Below are positions 56,646 through 64,000 of a stretch of DNA of 64,000 nt, piece by piece; positions within the stretch are counted from its first letter, which is position 1; every line of letters begins with the position of its first letter. Source of the DNA: an uncultured Bacteroidota bacterium (GTDB lineage Bacteria > Bacteroidota > Bacteroidia > Chitinophagales > LD1); NCBI GenBank assembly GCA_903919075.1, contig CAIXGR010000094.1, forward strand, positions 32,213-96,212. The letters are read 5' to 3'. The translations under genes were made by a program, and so were the position numbers. The notes under the pieces were generated by a model. The model searched no databases. It worked only from the letters and a program-made list of their open reading frames with translations, and was not told the origin of the DNA.

Positions 56646-57626
56646 TTGACAGAACTTACGCTAAACATAGAGGGCATAGACCCGATAGACTTCTTCGGAG
56701 TCAACAATACAAGATTCAATTTTATTAAAAAGAGTTTCCCTACGCTGCGGATGGTTTCGCGTGGCAATTCTATAAAAGCCGAAGGCAGCGAAAGCGATAT
56801 TGCTGTGTTTAAGCAGAAAGTAGAGCGTATGGTTGACCATATTGAACGCTACAGCAAGCTGAACGAAGACGATATTGAAACTATTATGGGTTCGGACGAT
56901 GCTAAAGCCAAAGAAACAAAAGACAAGGAACCTAATAATGTTATTGTACACGGTAACAATGGTTTACTGGTTCGTGCCCGAACCGATAACCAATTGCAAT
57001 TGGTAAAGGAAAGCGAAAAGAATGATATAGTTTTTGCCATAGGCCCTGCCGGAACCGGTAAAACATACACGGCTGTTGCGCTTGCTGTAAGGGCTTTAAA
57101 AGATAAGAACGTTAAGAAGATAATACTTACCCGCCCGGCTGTTGAAGCAGGCGAAAGTTTAGGCTTTTTACCAGGTGATTTGAAAGAAAAAATTGACCCT
57201 TATCTCCGTCCGCTTTATGATGCTTTGGATGATATGATACCGGCTGATAAGCTGACTTATTACATGGAGAACCGGATTATTGAGGTGGCACCACTTGCTT
57301 TTATGCGTGGTAGAACCCTTGATTATTCGTTTATACTATTGGATGAAGCACAGAATTGTACCGATATGCAGTTGAAAATGTTTTTAACCCGTATTGGTGC
57401 TAACTCGAAATGTATTATTACCGGCGACCCTACGCAAATAGATTTGCCACCCAAAGTTAATTCGGGTTTGCATACAGCTATTAAATTACTTGAACCTATA
57501 GAAGGCATATCAACCATTAAGCTTAACGAAAGCGATGTGGTAAGGCACCGTTTGGTTAAAGAAATCATCAAAGCATACGCTACTTTGAATGAAACTAGAA
57601 GAGATGACTTTTCCAACCATCGCTGA
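56646..57626 (+). CDS. phoH: PhoH family ATPase
   Basis: GPAGTGKTYTAVALAV Walker A, LTRPAVEAGESLGFLPGDL, LDEAQN, ITGDPTQIDLP. TTG start. Confidence 0.9.
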   Translation: MTELTLNIEGIDPIDFFGVNNTRFNFIKKSFPTLRMVSRGNSIKAEGSESDIAVFKQKVERMVDHIERYSKLNEDDIETIMGSDDAKAKETKDKEPNNVIVHGNNGLLVRARTDNQLQLVKESEKNDIVFAIGPAGTGKTYTAVALAVRALKDKNVKKIILTRPAVEAGESLGFLPGDLKEKIDPYLRPLYDALDDMIPADKLTYYMENRIIEVAPLAFMRGRTLDYSFILLDEAQNCTDMQLKMFLTRIGANSKCIITGDPTQIDLPPKVNSGLHTAIKLLEPIEGISTIKLNESDVVRHRLVKEIIKAYATLNETRRDDFSNHR

Positions 57627-58548
57627 AACTGATTACAAATTTCCATATCAAACCCATGTTTACCATGGCAAAGTACGAGACGTATATACCATAGGCCAAC
57701 AGCTTGTAGTTATAGCCACCGACCGCATTTCGGCATTCGACCATATACTTCCCAAACCAGTTCCACATAAAGGGGCTGTGTTGAACCAACTTGCGGCATA
57801 TTTTTTAACTGCCACAAAAGATATTGTACCTAACTGGTTATTAGCCGTGCCACATCCCAATGTTTCTATTGGTATAAAATGCGAACCGGTGAGGATTGAA
57901 ATGGTAATAAGGGGTTATTTAGCCGGACATGCAGCGCGAGAATATAAAGCCGGTAAAAGATTACTATGCGGCGTAACGTTACCGGGAGGCTTAAAAGAAA
58001 ATGACCAACTCCCCTCTCCTATTATTACTCCATCAACTAAAGCAGTAGACGGGCACGATGAAGATATTACCAGAGTTGAATTATTGAAGAGAAAAATTGT
58101 GACAGAAGATGTGTATTTGCAAATGGAAAAATACACCTATGCTGTTTTTGAACGCGGACAAAAAATGGCTAATGAAAGAGGCCTGATATTAGCCGACACC
58201 AAATATGAGTTTGGAATACATGAAGGCAAGGTAATGTTGATTGATGAAATACACACACCGGATTCATCTCGGTATTTTTATTTGGATGGTTATGATGAAC
58301 AGCAAAAGAAAAACGAACCACAAAAACAGCTAAGCAAAGAGTTTGTACGTGAATGGTTAATGAAAAACGGTTTTCAGGGTAAAGCAGGACAGCAAATGCC
58401 GGTGATGCCTGATGATTTTGTGCAGACTATTAGCGCCAGGTATATTGAGCTTTATGAATTACTGACCGGGATTAATTTTAAAGATGATACTTCACCCGGC
58501 CTTAAAGAAAACATTTATACAAGTGTTTTGAAGCATTTAGGAAAATGA
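57589..58548 (+). CDS. purC: phosphoribosylaminoimidazolesuccinocarboxamide (SAICAR) synthase
   Basis: YHGKVRDVY, ATDRISAFD, LADTKYEFG, DEIHTPDSSRY motifs. Alternative start at 57604. Overlaps the phoH 3' end. Confidence 0.9.
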   Translation: MKLEEMTFPTIAETDYKFPYQTHVYHGKVRDVYTIGQQLVVIATDRISAFDHILPKPVPHKGAVLNQLAAYFLTATKDIVPNWLLAVPHPNVSIGIKCEPVRIEMVIRGYLAGHAAREYKAGKRLLCGVTLPGGLKENDQLPSPIITPSTKAVDGHDEDITRVELLKRKIVTEDVYLQMEKYTYAVFERGQKMANERGLILADTKYEFGIHEGKVMLIDEIHTPDSSRYFYLDGYDEQQKKNEPQKQLSKEFVREWLMKNGFQGKAGQQMPVMPDDFVQTISARYIELYELLTGINFKDDTSPGLKENIYTSVLKHLGK

Positions 58549-58731
58549 GTTGGCAGATATGCAAATGATACAACTCTCTCATCGCGCCATGTAACGCTTA
58601 AGCATACAAAGCTCCTGATCTTTGTGCTGTTGTGAAAATTCATTCACAACATAAAATAAAATGAGAAAAGATATTTCCTACAATCCTTATCAGAAAGTAG
58701 GTAGTATTTCAACTTCATCATTTTACACAAA

Positions 58732-59034
58732 ATGAAAAAACAATTATTCATATCTATATTTCTATGCGGCCTTCAAATTGTTATTTGCCAGGCCACCCAA
58801 TCATTTCCGCCACAGCAATATCCACTATATGCAGGATTTACCAATGGCAATCATGGTGAAAGCACCTGTTCCACCCATTCTAGTTGCTCAGTTAATATGA
58901 TGAATGAGCAGTACACCGTTCAACCCAGCAACAATTTAGGTGATACGGCAAAACAGGCTACCCTAAAAATAAACCTATCAGATTCTTTTGTTCAACAGGA
59001 ATGTGACGACCTGTGCACTTCCGGCCCTGAGTAG
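58732..59034 (+). CDS. hypothetical small secreted protein
   Basis: Signal peptide MKKQLFISIFLCGLQIVICQA. Mature part contains 5 Cys. No family recognised. Confidence 0.4.
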   Translation: MKKQLFISIFLCGLQIVICQATQSFPPQQYPLYAGFTNGNHGESTCSTHSSCSVNMMNEQYTVQPSNNLGDTAKQATLKINLSDSFVQQECDDLCTSGPE

Positions 59035-59132
59035 TATATCTGTGAATCATGTAACTCTATTCAGGAATTGTGTAAGCCCTTAAAGTATGACACTGCCTAC
59101 CTTTGCAATAAAATTTACAAAAAATAAATATT

Positions 59133-59504
59133 ATGGATACCACCGAACTAGAAAAGACGCCTAACAAAGATGGTGAAATTGCAAAAGGAACCGCACATAT
59201 TGTTGTAGAGCTTATTGAATACGAACATAATGCTGTGGTAAGTAAATCAATTATGAAAAAGGCAACTGGAAGTATCAATGCCATGTCGTTTGCCAGCGGC
59301 GAGGGGTTGAATGAAAAAGTGTCTCCTTTCGATACCTATGCTCAAGTAATTGATGGCTCGGCAATAATAGTGATTGATGGCAAAGCCACTAAACTTGAAA
59401 CGGGCGAGGGTATTATTGTTCCCGCACACAGCCCAAACCATGTAAAGCCTAACGGCAGATTTAAAATGCTTTTAACGGTTATAAAGAGTGGTTATGAGGA
59501 CTAA
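59133..59504 (+). CDS. cupin domain protein
   Basis: About 120 aa beta-barrel pattern with G.GIIVPAH.PH. Confidence 0.6.
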   Translation: MDTTELEKTPNKDGEIAKGTAHIVVELIEYEHNAVVSKSIMKKATGSINAMSFASGEGLNEKVSPFDTYAQVIDGSAIIVIDGKATKLETGEGIIVPAHSPNHVKPNGRFKMLLTVIKSGYED

Positions 59505-59535
59505 CTAATCACAATATCTAAAATTTAATACCAAC

Positions 59536-59892
59536 ATGAAAAAAAAACAAGATACTACCAAATCACTTGCTGAGCAGGCCACGCAAAACGAGAAATCGGA
59601 TATTCAAAAAAAACTGACCTATCCCCCAAGTGAGGATATTTACAACAAAGACCAAGAGGAAGAAAATATTGATCCTGAAGATACTGCTAAAATAAAAGCC
59701 CCAAATGAAGATTGGGAAACAGAAAATAACGAAAAAATTTTTGATGAGGACGTTTCGGGTAGCGATTTGGATGTACCCGGCTCGGAATTAGATGATGATC
59801 GGGAAAAAGACGGGGAAGAAGATAAAGAGAATAATTATTACAGTTTAGGTGGAGATAGCCACAACGATTTGGAAGAAGACAAGGGAGATTAA
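59536..59892 (+). CDS. hypothetical highly acidic protein
   Basis: D/E-rich low-complexity sequence with DVSGSDLDVPGSELDD and YYSLGGDSHNDLEED. Confidence 0.45.
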   Translation: MKKKQDTTKSLAEQATQNEKSDIQKKLTYPPSEDIYNKDQEEENIDPEDTAKIKAPNEDWETENNEKIFDEDVSGSDLDVPGSELDDDREKDGEEDKENNYYSLGGDSHNDLEEDKGD

Positions 59893-59939
59893 CATGCATG
59901 TAATAAGTAAGAACTTTATTAAAAATGAATTGAAATATT

Positions 59940-61052
59940 ATGAAAGAGTATATGTTATTAACACCCATAAAAACCGGAGATATAGTAGTAGAGAATCGTA
60001 TTGTTATGGCACCCATGACCAGATGCAGAGCAATAGGAAATATACCTAATGAATTAATGGCAGCTTATTATGAACAACGTGCGTGTGCGGGATTAATTAT
60101 AACTGAGGGAACATCGCCATCGACCAATGGGTTGGGTTACGCCCGCATACCCGGAATTTTTAGCAGGCAACAGATTGAAGGCTGGGGAAAAATAACTTCG
60201 GCAGTAGCTAAAAAGAAAGGCAAAATATTTGTTCAGTTAATGCATACCGGCAGAATAAGCCATCCGCTAAATATGCCTGAAGGGGCACAAATACTTGCCC
60301 CATCGGCCATAAAAGCTAAGGGGCAGATGTGGACCGATTCGAAAAAAATGCAGGATTTTCCGGTGCCTAAAGAAATGACTACAGAAGATATATTGCAGGC
60401 CAAAGAAGAATATGTTACAGCGGCGAAAAACGCCCGTGAAGCGGGATTTGACGGTGTAGAGTTACACGCAGCTAACGGCTACCTGTTGGAACAGTTCCTT
60501 TCGCCGGTAAGTAATATCCGAAAAGATAATTATGGTGGGAGTATTGAAAACCGGTGCCGGTTTGCGCTTGAAGTAGCTGCCGCTGTGGCTGTGGCCATTG
60601 GAACCGGAAGGACAGGAATACACCTATCCCCCTATGGAGTGGCCAGTGATATGCCCCACTACCCCGAAATAGATGCCACTTATAATTATCTGTCGGAGCA
60701 ACTGAACCGCCTTGGAATAACATATATCCATCTTGTGGATCAGTCATCAATGGGAGCTCCCATTGTGCCCTTGGAGATTAAAAAAATGATACGAAACAAT
60801 TTTAAGGGCACAATCATCCTATGTGGGGGGTACGATAAAGAAAGAGCAGAAATAGATATACAAAACGGATTATGCAACCTGATAGCTTTTGGGCGCCCGT
60901 TTATTAATAATCCTGATCTTGTTGAAAGATTTAAAAAGAATTGGCCTCTATCGCAGGTTCTGAATAAAGACTTATTTTATTCATCTGACGAAAAAGGATA
61001 TACAGATTATCCGGAATATGTAGAAGGACCAATACCTATAGTTGCTAATTAA
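59940..61052 (+). CDS. Old Yellow Enzyme family NADH:flavin oxidoreductase / alkene reductase
   Basis: NRIVMAPMTR, QLMHTGR, GFDGVELHAANGYLLEQFL, FGRPFINNPDL motifs. Confidence 0.9.
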   Translation: MKEYMLLTPIKTGDIVVENRIVMAPMTRCRAIGNIPNELMAAYYEQRACAGLIITEGTSPSTNGLGYARIPGIFSRQQIEGWGKITSAVAKKKGKIFVQLMHTGRISHPLNMPEGAQILAPSAIKAKGQMWTDSKKMQDFPVPKEMTTEDILQAKEEYVTAAKNAREAGFDGVELHAANGYLLEQFLSPVSNIRKDNYGGSIENRCRFALEVAAAVAVAIGTGRTGIHLSPYGVASDMPHYPEIDATYNYLSEQLNRLGITYIHLVDQSSMGAPIVPLEIKKMIRNNFKGTIILCGGYDKERAEIDIQNGLCNLIAFGRPFINNPDLVERFKKNWPLSQVLNKDLFYSSDEKGYTDYPEYVEGPIPIVAN

Positions 61053-61163
61053 TAGCCGGTGTTTTCTTTAGTTAATCTTAAAGCGAATGTTATTAAGAGA
61101 GCGCTAAAGTATTTAAGGAATTGCTCTATTTCGTGCAATAGGCATTAATGTATGTTTGTGCGG

Positions 61164-61259
61164 ATGGCTCCGCTAATTCCTTGGCCTTGTGAAATCGACC
61201 TTTATACTGTAAACCCTAACTAAAAAAAAGCCGCCTCATTGCTGAGTGCGGCCCTTTTC
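61164..61259 (+). ncRNA. candidate ~95-nt small RNA defined only by an orphan -7 box and a terminator
   Basis: TATGTTTG (61151-61158) fits TAnnTTTG and is followed about 65 nt later by the hairpin and T run at 61230-61258. No ORF in between. Purely structural inference. Confidence 0.2.
61222..61259. terminator. bidirectional rho-independent terminator between convergent genes
   Basis: A8-GCCGCCTCA-TTGC-TGAG(T)GCGGC-CCTTTT: a 9-bp stem with one bulge, flanked by an A run and a T run. Confidence 0.7.
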
Positions 61260-61275
61260 ATGGTGCAAAATAATA

Positions 61276-62322
61276 TTATTGTATTGCTATCTGCCCGGTT
61301 GACGCAATAGTATTACCGTCTGTTACAATGTAAATGTAGTTTCCGGTTGTTAAACCTTCCTTGCCCAGTTCGAAATTACCGTTGCTAAGATTAGTTCGGG
61401 TCATTACCACCCTTCCGCTGGTTTCATAAAGTTTAAAAGTAACATTGCCTGTAGTGTTTTGAATTTGCAACACAGCGCTTGAAACCATAGGGTTAGGATA
61501 TATAAGCACTTTAGCTTTTGCATTACCGTTGCTTATCATTAACATCTCATGGTGTTGATTGTGGTTGTTGCCCCCAAGTGTGTCACTACCACCATTGCCA
61601 TTACTATCTCCAGTGGTATCAATTCCACCTGCACCGTTATTATCACCACCAGTATTAATAGTATCGTTACCACCGCTGCCGTTGTCTCCATCTCCGCTAT
61701 GTATGGTGTCATTACCACCTGTTCCATGGTCGCCATTAATATCTATGGTATCATTTCCTCCACTTCCACCATTGTGAATGGTATCGTTGCCTCCACTACC
61801 GTGATTACCATCTCCATTGGGTATAGTGTCGTTACCGCTAGCCCCATGGTCCCCATCGTTATCGATTATAGTATCATTTCCACCGCTGCCGTGATCGCCG
61901 TCGCCGTGGTTAATAGTATCGTTGCCGCCGGTTCCATGGTTGCCACCGTTGTCGCTGGTGGTATCATTTCCACCACTGCCATGGTTAATGGAGTCGTTGC
62001 CGCCACTACCATGGTCACCATTTCCATTGTGTATAGTATCATTTCCTCCACCGTCTCCATGATGTGTAGTATCACCCCAATGAATACCGCCATGACTTTC
62101 AATAGAATCATGCATAAACTGATGAAAGTGGTTATCCATATGAGAAATAGTATCATGGTTAGCATGCCCATGTGTGTGAATGGTATCATTTCCCTCATGG
62201 TGTCCATGATGATCAAATGCGCTTACCTTTGAAGTTAAGAGCAGTAAAAAAAACATTACAGAAAGTACGGGTGAAAGCAATTTAATGCTTTCTGATTTTT
62301 GGAAAAAGGCTAGTGTTTTCAT
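61276..62322 (-). CDS. secreted His/Asp/Gly-rich GGNDTI tandem-repeat protein with a T9SS C-terminal sorting domain
   Basis: Signal peptide. His-rich head (HHGHHEGNDTIHTHGHANHDTISH...). About a dozen units of G.GDHGSGGNDTI.N. C-terminal IYPNPMVSSAVLQI...GNYIYIV CTD. Confidence 0.7.
   Translation of the reverse strand: MKTLAFFQKSESIKLLSPVLSVMFFLLLLTSKVSAFDHHGHHEGNDTIHTHGHANHDTISHMDNHFHQFMHDSIESHGGIHWGDTTHHGDGGGNDTIHNGNGDHGSGGNDSINHGSGGNDTTSDNGGNHGTGGNDTINHGDGDHGSGGNDTIIDNDGDHGASGNDTIPNGDGNHGSGGNDTIHNGGSGGNDTIDINGDHGTGGNDTIHSGDGDNGSGGNDTINTGGDNNGAGGIDTTGDSNGNGGSDTLGGNNHNQHHEMLMISNGNAKAKVLIYPNPMVSSAVLQIQNTTGNVTFKLYETSGRVVMTRTNLSNGNFELGKEGLTTGNYIYIVTDGNTIASTGQIAIQ
61550..62215 (-). repeat. tandem coding repeats (~42-45 bp unit) of the GGNDTI protein
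   Basis: Periodic GGTAATGATACnATT-type units are visible on the minus strand. They also create long spurious ORFs in other frames (61549-62232+, 61866-62216-). Confidence 0.75.
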
Positions 62323-62356
62323 AGGTCATTTTTATTTTGTGAGTAAATATTTATGG

Positions 62357-63040
62357 TTATTGAATATTAATTTTCAGTGCTATTTTCTCGCCGCTTTTCA
62401 AGCGGATATCTGCTATATATATTCCCACTGTCCAGACAGATGTTGGAATTTCGAAAGGCCATGATTTTTGAGTGTTGTAAATTTCTCTTCCCATTAAATC
62501 AAATATCCTCAGCTCACTCACTTGTTCGGTACCGCCCTGACTAATGATATAAAGTGTTTTATTACTTGCCCATGCCAAGGCTTTGGTTTTGATTTGCTCT
62601 TCAATACCTGTTAGCCTCACATTGATTTGTGCGCTGATAATATCGTGCGCCTGGGTAGTATCTACCGAACCCAGAGCCGGCCAAATAACCAAACCATTGG
62701 GGCCCGCAATGAAATTGCTCGGCTTTGCAACAATTACAAAAAGCAAAGGAATGCTATCTCCACCCGGTATATTAACTAACTGATTTTGCAAAGGATTAGT
62801 AAATACCGTAGGATCGGTAACCAATATGTTGTTTACAGCCAGATTAAAACTAAGCGAATCAATAAAAGGGTGGTCATCGTAATTAACCAGCTTTGTATTA
62901 ATAAAAATGGTATCGCCCAAAGCCACATTAGTATTAACTACCGAGGTGCTTATAAACCCAATGGTGCCATGGGCATTACCTAAATAACTAACCCATAGCA
63001 GGCAAACCGTAAAAGCAATTTTTGTAAAGGCACGTGTCAT
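62357..63040 (-). CDS. hypothetical secreted protein with a T9SS C-terminal sorting domain
   Basis: Signal peptide ...LGNAHG. C-terminal LRIFDLMGREIY...GIYIADIRL...KINIQ. Lies 34 nt upstream of the GGNDTI-repeat gene on the same strand. Confidence 0.55.
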   Translation of the reverse strand: MTRAFTKIAFTVCLLWVSYLGNAHGTIGFISTSVVNTNVALGDTIFINTKLVNYDDHPFIDSLSFNLAVNNILVTDPTVFTNPLQNQLVNIPGGDSIPLLFVIVAKPSNFIAGPNGLVIWPALGSVDTTQAHDIISAQINVRLTGIEEQIKTKALAWASNKTLYIISQGGTEQVSELRIFDLMGREIYNTQKSWPFEIPTSVWTVGIYIADIRLKSGEKIALKINIQ

Positions 63041-63185
63041 AATTCTTTATTTAACGTAAAGATAGCCTCAAGTTCTGCATAAAACAACTTTGTTTTAGAT
63101 ATTTATTACGCGCTTAAGGCATTAATTTTTGTACATATTTATTATATTCGTTAAAGAAATAACAAAGTTAAACGGAAGAAAAGAT

Positions 63186-64000
63186 ATGGAAATTTTGAAC
63201 AAAATAGTTTCTCAAATGAGTAAAGAAGAAATTCGCTTCTTCAAAATATACTCGACCAGAATGGCTGATACCCCAGGAAGGAAAGACCTGCTGCTATTCG
63301 ATAAAATACGAGCGAAAAAGGAGCAGTTTGATGAGGCCGCTGTTGCAAAGAAACTGTACGGTTCAAAAACGGGTTCTTATTACCGCCTTAAGCATCGTTT
63401 AATGAGCAATTTAAATGAGTATGTAGTGTTGCATTACTACGGAAAAGATAAAATACATGACCTAAACCGCGATTGGGCTTTATACAACGTTTACATAAGC
63501 AAAAATAATTTTGAGCTGGCAGTTCACTTTTTAAAGAAGGCCGAGAAGAAAGCTGCGGAGTTTGAAAATTTTGAAATGCTGGATTTGATATACAATGGAT
63601 TTATACGAATGAGTGCAGAGCTGGTAGACATAAACCCCGAATACTATATAGCAAAAAGAAAGGATAACGCTTCGCGGCTTAACCTTATTCGTGAAATGGA
63701 CCAAGCGCTCTCGGTTATTAGTTACAGACTACGCAGCACCCAGAATTTTTTACCGGAAAACAGAACCCTTACTTCTTTACTTAATACCGCTTTGCAGGAT
63801 TTTGTTACTGATACCACTACCAAAAACAGCCGCAGCTTTCAAAGCAGAATTTATCGGGCCATCAGCCAAATTTTGTTGCAAAGGCACCAATACGCCGAGT
63901 TGGCAAAGTACCTATTAAAAACATTTAAAAAATTTGAACGCGAAAAATGGTTTGATAAAGACAGCCATGATATTAAACTGCAAATGCTTACCTACCTTGC
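63186..64000 (+). CDS. hypothetical protein, 5' part (runs off the window end; absent from the ORF track)
   Basis: My translation from the ATG at 63186 stays open to base 64000: MEILNKIVSQMSKEEIRFFKIYSTRMADTPGRKDLLLFDKIRAKKEQFDE...HDIKLQMLTYL. Helical, Lys/Glu-rich. No family recognised. Confidence 0.5.
   Translation, partial: MEILNKIVSQMSKEEIRFFKIYSTRMADTPGRKDLLLFDKIRAKKEQFDEAAVAKKLYGSKTGSYYRLKHRLMSNLNEYVVLHYYGKDKIHDLNRDWALYNVYISKNNFELAVHFLKKAEKKAAEFENFEMLDLIYNGFIRMSAELVDINPEYYIAKRKDNASRLNLIREMDQALSVISYRLRSTQNFLPENRTLTSLLNTALQDFVTDTTTKNSRSFQSRIYRAISQILLQRHQYAELAKYLLKTFKKFEREKWFDKDSHDIKLQMLTYL

Noticed and set aside
61549-62232. 227-aa plus-strand ORF and other ORFs (61539-61736, 61559-61777, 61866-62216) over the GGNDTI repeat region
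   Set aside because: The tandem repeat keeps several frames open. Only the minus-strand 61276-62322 frame has a signal peptide at one end and a T9SS CTD at the other.
61276-62322. Classifying the GGNDTI protein as a bona fide RTX toxin
   Set aside because: The repeat period is 14-15 aa, not 9. There is no type I secretion C-terminal signal or adjacent T1SS genes, and the protein instead carries a T9SS CTD.
1-64000. Whole-window look for CRISPR arrays, tRNA/rRNA genes, integrases, transposases, phage genes, toxin-antitoxin pairs and defence islands
   Set aside because: I found no regularly spaced direct repeats with unique spacers, no cloverleaf-like or rRNA-like segments in the intergenic gaps (all 414 bp or less), and no ORF with recombinase, transposase or phage motifs. 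tRNAscan, Infernal and defence-system HMM scans would be the decisive checks.

Overview
This window reads as a chromosomal, mostly housekeeping segment of a Bacteroidota genome. Supporting signs: it is AT-rich by eye, it carries gldC and a PorQ-like gene, at least four ORFs end in type IX secretion (T9SS) C-terminal sorting domains, TAnnTTTG-type -7 promoter boxes are common, and Shine-Dalgarno sequences are almost absent. I annotate about 68 CDS, tightly packed on both strands. They include sucC, ychF, gpsA plus a PlsB-like acyltransferase, a fused ftcD, mgtA, cdd, a menF-menD-menB-x-x-menA menaquinone operon, a cytochrome c/SCO/response regulator group, lipA, lipB, coaD-rsmD, a MATE pump, ftsE, two glycosyltransferases, recQ, recF, pdhA, ribH, phoH, purC, an OYE reductase and several secreted repeat proteins. 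I saw no rRNA, tRNA, CRISPR array, transposase, integrase or recognisable defence or toxin island. I could not identify a convincing multi-gene novel system. The most unusual things I can support are: (1) a family of short GC-rich hairpin repeats (two sub-families, five copies), one copy apparently sitting in frame inside recF; (2) a T9SS cargo protein built of His/Asp-rich GGNDTI tandem repeats that are both RTX-like and Bacteroidota O-glycosylation sequons; (3) a fibrinogen-related-like domain on a secreted Ig-repeat protein; (4) a membrane-anchored Cys/Met/His-rich protein; (5) a long mgtA leader with a Pro-rich upstream ORF and three mutually exclusive hairpin arms; (6) large perfect or near-perfect palindromes in intergenic DNA; (7) -7 boxes abutting start codons, suggesting leaderless mRNAs, and one orphan promoter-terminator pair. 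All functional calls come from motif recognition by eye on the supplied translations, not from database searches.
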